Shown here: piece by piece, positions 24,101 to 34,318 of the stretch
How the letters are laid out: the number at the start of each line of letters is the position of its first letter
How positions within the stretch are numbered: position 1 is the first letter of the stretch
The notes under the pieces: generated by a model
The model's input: the letters and a program-made list of their open reading frames with translations, nothing else
Databases searched by the model: none
Told to the model about the DNA's origin: nothing
From: Octopus bimaculoides
Lineage: Eukaryota
Direction: 5' to 3'
NCBI RefSeq assembly: GCF_001194135.2
Contig: NC_068992.1
Location: 9,107,519-9,150,964 of the forward strand
DNA length: 43,446 nucleotides
Program-made: the position numbers and the translations under genes

Positions 24101-25187
24101 GAGGTTACTACTCTGAGACAGATTCTGAACTCGGAATGCAAAGAGCCATTTCAGGAATCACAAGGAATCCTGTTCAATGCTGTAATAATCCCTCCTTCAC
24201 TGCCTTTGTGTTTTATTTATTAACCCCAAACAGATAAAAAGCAAAGTTGATCTCAGTGGAATTAGAACTCAGAGAGCACAGAAATCTGTAACAAATGACC
24301 TCATAGTATTTTGGCTAATGCTGTATGATCTCTGAAAAATCATTACCTTTGATTTATATAAAAATTTAATTTACTTTGATTGTGTCATAAACAGTTGAAG
24401 TTGGCAAAGTAATGTTACCGTAGTGACACACAGAGGCTTAGTGAGGACACACAGAGGCTTAGTAAAGCTGATAATCTGGTTATCTTCAGAGACATGAAGG
24501 ACGAACCCTAATATTCTTGTTTAGCTCCTGATTGATTAGAATATAATGAAAAGCATCCTAGTTATGATGACCATAACTCATCCTTCCCTTTCTTTTTCTT
24601 GATATAAACCTACATTGTCTTATATCTTCTCTTTTTCTTTCCTGGTATGATGGGGATATGACTGATATTTTTAGCAGGTTGAGAGACTGCTTAGAGGCTC
24701 ACTCATTGGCATTGGCATATGGTAGAAATTGATTCCAGTACTACAAGTTAACAATACACTCTCAAGTATAAGCCAATGAGGGAGCATCTCTGCAGTCCCT
24801 CAATTTGCTAGAAATGACACTCAAAATATTCTTCAATTCACACCCTACCTTCTTTAATAAAGAAGTATACAGCAGACTATGCAGTTTCTGGAAAACAAAA
24901 GAATCGGATAATCACAGCTAGAATGCTTTTGATCATAGTTCTGCTTAACTAGAGCTTTAAAAATTGTTAGTTTTATGTCTGCATTAGAAATATGCATCAT
25001 AAATATATTAATATATTCTATGATTGTGTCAGTTTATGAAAATGTTGATATATTCTATATATTCTTTCTGTATTTTTTCCTGCAGTTGATGGATATAGTG
25101 GTATCATGCTGGTATGTTGAATCACCTCCCTTGGCAGCTAAACTATGTGAACAGCTGAAGGATCCAGTTATGGAAACAACTGTTTGA
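14203..25187 (+). CDS. 7TM (LGR/RXFP-like) - pseudokinase fusion protein, join(14203..15138,18291..18532,19867..20062,21377..23935,25086..25187), 1344 aa
   Basis: All four introns are GT..AG with compatible phases (0,2,0,0). Summed length 936+242+196+2559+102=4035 nt is a multiple of 3 and ends at TGA. Kinase subdomains appear in the correct order across exons 2-5. No N-gap in the span. Confidence 0.8.
15395..15900 (-). mobile_element. CRE-like non-LTR retrotransposon fragment (restriction-like endonuclease region), degenerate
   Basis: Minus translation HAALNDIIRRGL..PSQLEPVGLNCRYGKHSDGITLSPY, then after a frameshift EERNTNKFGGLTGCYQFLLVTIKPTGVFGPCTANFL*NIG. This parallels CRE-clade H..LND.IRR.L..EP.GL.R.DGKRPDG.T..P and Y.F.P.A.ET.GV.G. 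Confidence 0.6.
16020..17140 (-). mobile_element. R4/Dong-like LINE reverse-transcriptase fragment, heavily decayed
   Basis: Minus-strand pieces GMKFSLGK.TKATLK.GEL, SLDSEIKITNLGQIQTYKYL.NNELDGV and RRHHPES match the R4-clade GM.FG..KC, YKYLG and HHP motifs. Confidence 0.55.
17210..17450 (+). mobile_element. Degenerate SINE sharing its 3' half with family A
   Basis: ctttgtcatatgctgtgttacgctgaatctccctgagaactacaccaagggtacacatgtctgtggag matches 37970-38035. Confidence 0.6.
18291..18532 (+). CDS. Fusion gene coding exon 2: kinase N-lobe (subdomains I-IV)
   Basis: Acceptor tattttacag|CAC; donor AG|gtatta (phase 2). Encodes GLMK (VAIK-like Lys), WAQE (alphaC Glu) and KHPNLL (HPNIV-like). Confidence 0.85.
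18860..19070 (-). mobile_element. SINE family C copy in intron 2 of the fusion gene
   Basis: Reverse complement of the family C consensus (atcgaccctgaaaggatgaaagg..gaatttgaactcag..ctaagcattt). Confidence 0.8.
19867..20062 (+). CDS. Fusion gene coding exon 3: kinase subdomains V-VIb
   Basis: Acceptor tgtttttaag|G completes the AG+G Arg codon; donor AAT|gtaaga (phase 0). Encodes IICMEFPEYGCLREYL (hinge), DVSQGLQQLH, and ILHKHLSSIR at the HRDLxxxN position. Confidence 0.88.
20285..20780 (+). mobile_element. RTE-clade LINE ORF remnant
   Basis: Translates with frameshifts to LYDACV..HGS..RLERNEASML.WMC.VSMHERQ..L..KLSIRGIRCIVQER.L.CYGH, the RTE post-RT region. Same family as 30026-30102. Confidence 0.7.
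21377..23935 (+). CDS. Fusion gene coding exon 4: kinase VII and IX, ~740-aa low-complexity insert, start of subdomain X (853 aa)
   Basis: Acceptor tttcatttcag|AAT; donor CAG|gtaagg (phase 0). Lies within the 956-codon ORF 21353..24223. AALGDFE is DFG-like; PDIRSFALITLEMI is subdomain IX-like. Confidence 0.88.
25086..25187 (+). CDS. Fusion gene last coding exon: kinase subdomain XI-like and PDZ-binding C-terminus
   Basis: Acceptor ttttttcctgcag|TTG, phase 0. LMDIVVSCWYVESPPLAAKLCEQL resembles the kinase L..LM..CW......F..L..L pattern. Ends ETTV-stop. Confidence 0.8.
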   Translation: MMDIVVSCWYVESPPLAAKLCEQLKDPVMETTV

Positions 25188-26434
25188 TAATCACATCTGT
25201 TTCATTTTGATAATTTTGTCTATTTAATATAATTCATATTGATATTAATATTGATATTTCCTTTCTTGTACTTGTAAAGAAACTCAAGAAATTTCTGGAG
25301 CAAATCTACCATAATAAGACTAAACAGTTAAACAAGGCATCGGCAAACTTTCCATGGCAGTAAGTTTTATGAGAAATTGCTCGTCATAATTAGACTACAC
25401 CACTTTAAAAAAATCTAACAAATATGGCATATAATCCTGGCTATTCTGTATATCATACAAAGCAAATAATACAAAATATGTTAGAATCAGATCTAAAGAT
25501 TTGTTCATTCATTTCGCCTTTGATTGTCCTTGTTAGCAATGGTTAGATGGGGAGATACTTGAGGCAGGATTTTTATAGCTGGATGCTCTTCCAGCCATCA
25601 ACACTTACCTATTTTTCAAATATTTCTCTGACTTCAGAAGAATTCAAAAGTGCAGGGACAGAGGACAATTTCTTGAAAGGAAACGTCAATCAACATCATT
25701 ATTTGTCACCCGGCTACGAATAATGATGTCACCACTTAAAGCCCAGTTATAAATTGTGATGTCACCTCTCATTAGCATAGTTCACTGCAGCTTCTAAATA
25801 TTCACACAGACACCCATATACATACGTGCGCACACACACATACAATAGGGTTTTTGCAGTTTCTGACTACCAAATTACTCTAGGTTGGCCTGAGGGCTAC
25901 AATGGAAAACACATGCCAAAGGTGAACACACGTCCTCTTGCCCACTTCTATTAAGCTTGAAATTATTACATTCATATGAGATTAAAAAACAGAAAGTTTT
26001 AGTGTGTGAACTATCTGCTCCAAATCCAGGTAAATTTACAAATAGATACCACATCATCATCAACATCATCATCATCGTCATCGTTTTAATGCCCACTTTA
26101 TCACGCTCACATGGATTGAATGGAATTTGTGGAGATGAATTTTCTACAACTGGATGCCTCTCCTGTTGCCAACCCTGTCTCCAAGTAAATCAAGTATTTC
26201 CACACAACCAGGCATGTTTTCACAAAAGACAGGAAATGAAGGATGCCACTTGCATGATGGTGACACTTGTTAACAACAATCATCACATGACGTGGAGCCA
26301 GAGGAAATACATAGACAATAGACTTCTTTCAGTTTCTGTCTACCAAATTCACACACTAGGTTTGGTTGGCCCAGAGCTATAGTAGAAGGCCCATGGATTT
26401 AAGAATTCTACTGTTCGAAACTAACTGTAAAAAG

Positions 26435-26560
26435 CTGCCGGAGCCTTGTGGAGCTTAGGTGTTTCGCTCAATAAACACACACAACGCCCGGTCTGGGAAT
26501 CGAAACTGCGATCCTCCGACCGCGAGTCTGCTGCCCTAACCACTGGGCCATTGCGCCTCC
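26435..26560 (-). mobile_element. SINE family A head only
   Basis: Reverse complement of 37749-37875, followed on the plus strand by (TA)n(TATG)n. Confidence 0.85.
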
Positions 26561-26563
26561 TAT

Positions 26564-26630
<67 letters not shown>

Positions 26631-27956
26631 TGTCTATGTGTGTGTGTGTACTTATACCTATTCCACAAAGTTTACATATGCAGTGTAAAAACTGGAAAAC
26701 ATATACAATATATAAGTGTATAACTGTCTCCACTATACAAAGACAATAAATATAAAACATTATTAAGAACAAATAACCTATGCTTTGGTACAAACACATT
26801 CGGTGATATTTGTTCTGCCTGAGTTGCACAGACACTCCCTTATAAATCTTGCGTTCATATACAGTGTGAGCTGATGACACTGTTACTCACAAAATGTAAT
26901 ATAACTGAGTAAAATGTCAAAAGTTTGATATTAAGTTCAATATAATAAAAAATAAGAGAAATCTGTCTGATTCTGTTGTCTTTATGCATTTTATTTAAAC
27001 TCTGTCTTTTATCACTTGCTTGTTTTGGTCATTAGAGAACAGCCACACTGGAACACAGCCTTGAAGAGTTTTAATCAGAGAAATCAACCTTAGTAGTTTA
27101 CTTGCATTTCTTTTCTAAATTTGGTTTTTTATCAATCTGTTTTAGCCAAACCACAAAGCTACTAGGACATAAACAAACCGATACTAGCTGCCAAGACATG
27201 GATGGGAGGACAAACTCAACCGCACACACAGACAGACAGATAGATAGATAGATAGATAGATAGATAGTACTGGCGACGGCCACGCTCGAAATGGTGTATT
27301 TTACGTGCCACTTGCACAGGAGCCAGTCCATCGGCACTGGCAACTATATATTTAATACATAAAGCATTAAATAAGCAAACTAGAAATGGTTGAGAGAAAA
27401 AAAAGGAAAGCAATTATAAACATTTTAATACTAATTCACCTGAATCTGCTACTATTTCTTATTATACAAAATTTGCTATCTCAAACATTCATATTTAAAT
27501 TGAAACATCTCATCAAAATTTTACGTAAGAATCTTTTATTAAGTTATGTTGCAAACAACAGTTCAATATACCAAAATAGAAAAAGCTAGTTATTTTGATA
27601 AAGCTCTTCAAATTTTTCATTATTTTCAAAATTAATTGAACCAACAGGAAGTCGTCATCATCAGCAGCAGCATCATTACCACTTTAGCATCCACTTCTCC
27701 ATGGTTGCATAAGTCAGATGGAATTCATTTAGGTAGATTTTCTATGGCTGGATATTGTTCCTGTTACCATCTCTGACAGAGATGGTAACATTTTTTTCAC
27801 AGCCACGACCAGATATGCTTTCTGTATGGAAGACTGTACACAAGCAACACTACTTTTGTTTATGATGGCACACTATTTACAACTATCACATGATGTCAAG
27901 ACAATGCTACTCACAGACACATATGTACCCATACATAGATACATACACACACACAC

Positions 27957-27988
<32 letters not shown>

Positions 27989-28254
27989 GTCTTTTTAGGT
28001 CTTAATAGACACAAAATGTGATCTATTTCTAGCGCATTAATTGTCCACGTTAGTGGTCGATGTTATTTTTTAAAATGTACCTTAATCCCCTGAGATTGCA
28101 GATAATATTTCTGAATCTCTTTGATTCTTTAAATGTGCTGGCCCCCTGATAATTAATCGATATTAATTAATATATTAATATATGACTAATTACCAGATCT
28201 TATAATATAATTATATATATATATATATATATAGATAGATAGATAGATAGAAAG

Positions 28255-28948
28255 ATTTAACTCAACTGGTATTTAATTTATCGACCCTGAAAGGAATGAA
28301 AGGCGAAGTCAACCTTGGCAGAATTTGAACTCAGATCGTGCAGATGGATGAAATGCCACTAAGCATTTTAATTGCATGCTAACGACTTTGCCAGCTCACC
28401 ACCTTAATAATAATAATAATGATGATGAGGATAATAATAATTAGAATAATAATAATAATAATAATGATGATAATAATAATAATAATAATAATAATTCTTT
28501 CTTATTTCTTTACTGCCCACAAGGGGCAACATACAGAGGGGACAATCATGGACAGACAAACGGATTAAGTCGATTATATCGACCCCAATGCGTAACTGGT
28601 ACTTATTTAATCGACCCCCCACCCCAAAAGACGAAAGGCAAAGTTGACCTCGGTGGAATTTGAACTCAGAACGTAGCGGCAGACGAAATATCACTAAGCA
28701 TTTCGTCCGGCAGCTAACGTTTCTGCCAGCTAATAATTCTTTCTACTATAGGCATAAGGCCTGAAATTTAGGGGAGCGGTAAGTTGAATATATCAACCCC
28801 GGTACTCAACTGGTCCTTAATTTATCAAGTCCAAAAGGATGAAAGGCAAAGTTGATCTCGGTGGAATTTGAACTCAGAACATAGCGACAGACGAAATACC
28901 ACAAAGCATTTTGCCTGGTGTACTACCACTCTGCCAGCTCACCAACTT
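28255..28948 (-). mobile_element. Three tandem SINE family C copies separated by (AAT)n
   Basis: Units ~28255-28405, 28495-28730 and 28731-28948; flanked by (AAT)n arrays. Confidence 0.82.
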
Positions 28949-29261
28949 AATGATAATAATAACAATAACAATAATAATATTAATAATAATAATAATAGAA
29001 GAGTGCCATTTGCTATCTCATGAACAATATTTCGACATCTTGCGTGTCTTCCACTGGTTCAAAAAATAANNNNNNNNNNNNNNNNNNNNNNNNNNNNNNN
29101 NNNNNNNNNNNNNNNNNNNNNNNNNNNNNNNNNNNNNNNNNNNNNNNNNNNNNNNNNNNNNNNNNNNNNNNNNNNNNNNNNNNNNNNNNNNNNNNNNNNA
29201 AAAAAAAAATAATAATAATATTAATAATAATAATAATAATATGCTTTTACAGAAAGAAGAG

Positions 29262-29515
29262 AAGACACAGCATGCCATCAAAGTGACACTGAGGTAAAAT
29301 ATATGGAGTCTAGGATACCCATCTGATAAGGATTATCCAGGCACATGCATCACAACCATATGTGCATGACATGGTGATCTCATATCAAGATAAACAGCGC
29401 ATGACCTCGCAGATGGAGCCCAGTTAGAATTTTCTTCAGGTTGAGTAGCCCATCTCAATCAAAAGGTCCCTGAATAAGGGTTGTTTAAGGATGTTGAACG
29501 AAACACCCATGTTTC
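29262..29515. repeat. Unclassified interspersed repeat fragment between two assembly gaps
   Basis: GC-richer block that I recognise as a common octopus repeat; family not assigned. Confidence 0.35.
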
Positions 29516-29825
29516 NNNNNNNNNNCCCCCCCCCCCCCACACACACGTGAATATACTCCTATACATTGGAGATTCCTTAAGATTTTGATACTATGAAAGT
29601 ACTTTAATTGAAGGATTATTCTTTTCATAAATTATTTTGTTTTCTGATTCCCCCACCCATGGCATACAATAATTAAATATGAAAGCGAAATGTAATTATG
29701 TCTATTAAAAATATTTCTAGCCACACGTTAATATTGCTAGGGAACCAATAATACAAATTAATTTTTATTACAATTATAACCTATATAATTATATATAACC
29801 TTATATAACCTAATAATTATAACAT

Positions 29826-31080
29826 AGGTGCAGGAGTGGTTGTGTGGTAAGTAGCTTGCTTCCCAACCACATGGTTCCGGGTTCAGTCCCACTGTGTGGC
29901 ACCTTGGGCAAGTGTCTTCTACTATAGCCTCGGGCCGACCAAAGCCTTGTGAGTGGATTTGGTAGACGGAAACTGGAAGAAGCCCGTCGTGTATGTATAT
30001 ATATATATATATATGTATGTGTAATGTCAATGTGAATACCCGTCAGAGTGTAAGTATCTTGAGAGAAAAGCTGAACATTAGAAGCATCAGTTGTGGCGTG
30101 CANNNNNNNNNNNNNNNNNNNNNNNNNNNNNNNNNNNNNNNNNNNNNNNNNNNNNNNNNNNNNNNNNNNNNNNNNNNNNNNNNNNNNNNNNNNNNNNNNN
30201 NNNNNNNNNNNNNNNNNNNNNNNNNNNNNNNNNNNNNNNNNNNNNNNNNNNNNNNNNNNNNNNNNNNNNNNNNNNNNNNNNNNNNNNNNNNNNNNNNNNN
30301 NNNNNNNNNNNNNNNNNNNNNNNNNNNNNNNNNNNNNNNNNNNNNNNNNNNNNNNNNNNNNNNNNNNNNNNNNNNNNNNNNNNNNNNNNNNNNNNNNNNN
30401 NNNNNNNNNNNNNNNNNNNNNNNNNNNNNNNNNNNNNNNNNNNNNNNNNNNNNNNNNNNNNNNNNNNNNNNNNNNNNNNNNNNNNNNNNNNNNNNNNNNN
30501 NNNNNNNNNNNNNNNNNNNNNNNNNNNNNNNNNNNNNNNNNNNNNNNNNNNNNNNNNNNNNNNNNNNNNNNNNNNNNNNNNNNNNNNNNNNNNNNNNNNN
30601 NNNNNNNNNNNNNNNNNNNNNNNNNNNNNNNNNNNNNNNNNNNNNNNNNNNNNNNNNNNNNNNNNNNNNNNNNNNNNNNNNNNNNNNNNNNNNNNNNNNN
30701 NNNNNNNNNTTGGCGTTAGGAAGGGCATCCAGCTGTAGAAACTCTGCCAAATCAGACTGGAGCCTGGTGTTGCCATCCGGTTTCACCAGTCCTCAGTCAA
30801 ATCGTCCAACCCATGCTAGCATGGAAAGCGGACGTTAAACGATGATGATGATGATGATGTGTGTGTGTTTGTGTCTGTTTGTCCCCCCAACATCGCTTGA
30901 CAACCGATGCTGGTGTGTTTACGTCCCCGTAACTTAGCGGTTCGGCAAAAAAGACCGATAGAATAAGTACTAGGCTTCTAAAGTATAAGCTCTGGAGTCG
31001 ATTTGCTCGACTATAAAGGCGGTGCTCCAGCATGGCCACAGTCAAATGGCCACTGAAACAAATAAAAGAGTAAAAGAGTA
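29826..31080 (+). mobile_element. SINE family B split by an RTE LINE insertion: head 29826-30012, RTE 30026-30858 (gap 30103-30709), tail 30860-31080
   Basis: Head and tail match the 12919-13325 copy. The insert starts with RTE coding NVNTRQSVSILREKLNIRSISCGV and ends with the (GAT)n tail. Confidence 0.8.
30103..30709. other. Assembly gap (other gaps: 973-1269, 9873-9926, 13078-13103, 29070-29199, 29516-29525)
   Basis: Runs of n. ORFs spanning them are artefacts. Confidence 0.99.
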
Positions 31081-31113
31081 TATTTCCTCATTATCCAAAA
31101 GCAAATGACTTTA

Positions 31114-31132
31114 TGACCACAAGAGGGCGAAA
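31114..31132 (+). promoter_or_regulatory. CTCF-like motif TGACCACAAGAGGGCGAAA upstream of SPRTN
   Basis: Close visual match to the CTCF consensus TGGCCACCAGGGGGCGCTA in AT-rich DNA, ~280 nt before the SPRTN ATG. Not scored with a PWM. Confidence 0.45.
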
Positions 31133-31329
31133 GTCTATGAGCATTCATATTTGATCATGTATTCCTAGATATGCTGTCTCAAAAAATTGTTTCGTCATGA
31201 CCCGAAATATATCTAACATGTACAGACACGTTCTAATTACAGTGCTCTCCCCTTCGCTCTGCTATTTTTACTGCCCTCTTAGAAAAAGGAGTTACATTTA
31301 ACATTTAAGTAATCATATTTCATTCTTGT

Positions 31330-31337
31330 CACTTCCG
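31330..31337 (-). promoter_or_regulatory. ETS-like motif (CGGAAGTG on minus strand) in the SPRTN proximal region
   Basis: CACTTCCG about 75 nt upstream of the ATG. Short motif, weak evidence. Confidence 0.25.
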
Positions 31338-31409
31338 TTCATCTTTAGAATATTTAAACAACGATTTTCGTTGTCGATTTTTTTTTTGTTTCCGCTGAAT
31401 TCTTTGACT

Positions 31410-31576
31410 ATGAGTTGTTATTCTGTCACGAGTGGCTCAAAGTCACTTGTCGATCCTTCATGGGAATATATCGATCCAACACCTGATATCTTCGCAATGT
31501 TTCGGGAATTCGACAGAACCTTCTTTGGAGGAACTTTGTCTCGAGTGGAACTGAAGTGGAGCAAACGAATGACATC
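31410..31576 (+). CDS. SPRTN: SPRTN coding exon 1
   Basis: ATG at 31410; SLVDPSWEYIDPTPDIFAMF..F..TFF..L..VELKWSKRMT; donor TC|gtaagt (phase 2). Confidence 0.93.
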
Positions 31577-34256
31577 GTAAGTTGCCCTCTTGTTATTGTT
31601 TGTCAATCTGTTTCCCCCGCCTCCGTAACTCTGCCCTGACGTTCTTATGATCGTCCCATATTTCTGGATATTCAAGACTACATCGTCTAATTATTTATTT
31701 AATTATTCATTTATTAAAGTTGTAGGGTGTGGTTTGAGGAACCTATTATAAATATAAAGTGAACACACTTCACGGGGAAACCCTGAAAACGAAGTCCCAT
31801 AGCAGTTCAAGTTCGCATAATTATCTCTCTCTCGATGACATGTTATATCTACAGCTGGGGGTGGAGGTACAATGGTCCAGTGGTTAGGGCAGCGGACTCC
31901 CGGTCGTAGGGTCGCGGTTTCGAATCCCAGACCGGTCGTTGTGAGTGTTTATTGAGTGAAAACACCTAAAGCTCCACGATGCTCCGGCAGGGGATGGTGG
32001 CGAACCCTGCTGTATTCTTTCACCACAACTTTCTCTCACTCTTACTACCTGTTTCTGTTGTGCCTGTAATTCGAAGGGTCAGCCTTGTCACACTGTGTCA
32101 TGCTGAATATTCCCGAGAACTACGTTAAGGGTACATGTGTCTGTGGAGTGCTCAGCCACTTGCACGTTAATTTCACGAACAAGCTGTTCCGTTGATCGGA
32201 TCAACTGGAACCCTCGACGTTGTTGTAAACGACAGAATGTCCACGATCTACAGCTGTTATGTTTTAATTCTGTTTATATTTGTGATAGTTTCATTCTGTC
32301 TATATCCAATGTTTTAAATTGTTTTAGCTACGATAATGTATATAATTCGGTTAACAGAGTTTACAGTTGCAATCCGATAATCCATGTCAATGTATAATTC
32401 ATGGTAATTAATCTTAAATAAAGCTCCGTTAAATAGAATGAAACTGACATAAACAAGAAATGTACAGAAATAATTTTGCTGTTCCGACTGACGGAAACGA
32501 ATAAGTAAATGCTTCCGAAAACATAAAAGAAACCCCAGCCTGCTGGATGTTAACAACTGTGGAGAAAACGAATATGAAATAAGAAATCGCGGGGTGGGGA
32601 GAGGACTTTCGGAAAATCCATAAGATCCGATTTTTCCCCTCAACATTCATGAAAATGTACATATATTGAAAAAAAAATCAAAAAAAAAAAAACCAACACC
32701 CTTCCCTCCCAATTCGAGCAAGTTATCCACATGCTAGAAATAACAGCCAAATCTCACAAAACTGCGAATTTTTCATATTCGTTTTCTACAGTTGTTAATA
32801 TCCAGCAGGCTGGGGGTTTTATTGGTTTTTATTAACGGGTGTTCTTTATATTGACCTAATCTTTTAGCTTAGATCAGCTTCACTTTGTGGAACCCACTTA
32901 TTTAATGTTGTTGGTAAAGTTATTGAATACGCTATATAACTTAACTTATATATGCTTCTTAATATGCTATTAAGTTCGTTTATTTTACCTCTCTGAGCGA
33001 GAGATATACAGTAACAATACCTAATCTTATTTAGCCCCAAGAAAACATTATTGCCCTTGTATAGGACTGCCACATTATGCTGGCAAATGAATTTTACTAA
33101 GTTAATTTAATTAGTTTCGGTAATCACCAGCTCCCTCATTAGCTCAAAATACTGTTTACATTGCGTGTGTGGGATTTTTTAATGTCTACAAAACTTCCAA
33201 AATGTGTTTTTTTTGTTTTTTTTTGTTAGACACCCCAAAAGATTATCCACCATCTTTCCAACAACAGCCTCGGGCACCTCTTTTGAATTCCATATGTCAA
33301 ACACTCGTGGACATAATCACAAAATCAAAAAACAACACAGTACACATGACTTCCGGAGACATTCTTTCAGACTCAGAATTGTTGAAGCATAGAATAAACT
33401 CCTTTTATCAGTCATTCGCTGTCGAGACAATACATCCTTTAAAACTTCCAATCCGCCAACTGTACCCCTGACGGCCTCCCCACCGCCTTCTTAGTTGTAG
33501 TGCACCTGAGCACTGTATACAACAGTTTCTTTCATTTCTAAATGAGGACTAAATAGGTAAATTATTCAGTTCAGCAGAACTTTTTTTTTAAGTGCGTGTG
33601 TATGTGGGGGGGGGGGAATCAGTCCCTAATAAAATGACATCCATCCCCGAGTAAATTACTTCGGAAAGCAAACAAAAATACGTTTATTTGTTTGAAAGTT
33701 TTCGGAAGAGAAATTTATGAATGAAGCTGTTTGTCCTGACAACAGTTAATCCTAAGTTACAAGGTCTCATGATAATATATAATAGTGAAGATAAATTTTG
33801 AAAAGATACAGCTTCCTAGATATCGTTTCAGTTCATCACACCACCAAAATTCGAAAATATATACCCGAAGTATTTATTTATTCGTTTCGGTCATACAGGA
33901 TGGCCATGTTAATTTTGCCCATCCTCCATTATTGTTGGTGGTATTGTAATTAACATTGACCTACGCTGTTTGCAATGTCTTAACGATGATGGTTTTAATT
34001 TTATGTGTAACTTTCATGCGTATTTCATCTATATTTACGATGATTTAATTGTGTCTGTGATGTAAGATCCGGAATTCAAGGAAGCTGATATTTGTCCAGC
34101 ATCAGCGAAAGTTTATTCATAAAAATTGCAGTGTTTTCATTGGCATGCATTATAAATATATACAGGGTCCGACAAAATGATCTGACACATTTTTGTAACT
34201 TTAATTTATTTGCCTTTTATTAAACCTACAAATGTGTCAGATCATTTTGCCGGACC

Positions 34257-34318
<62 letters not shown>

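Noticed and set aside
23936-24223. Read-through of the 956-aa ORF adding a hydrophobic segment (FVNLTTLLAFILLVQGSLILLI)
   Set aside because: Lies beyond a consensus donor CAG|gtaagg. The in-phase exon at 25086 supplies kinase-like helices and a PDZ motif, so this is most likely intron. An intron-retention isoform cannot be excluded without RNA data.
24425-24463. 21-bp tandem duplication gacacacagaggcttagt
   Set aside because: Ordinary slippage duplication in an intron.
29993-30838. 200-280 aa ORFs in several frames
   Set aside because: Made almost entirely of n bases; the flanks are RTE LINE sequence.
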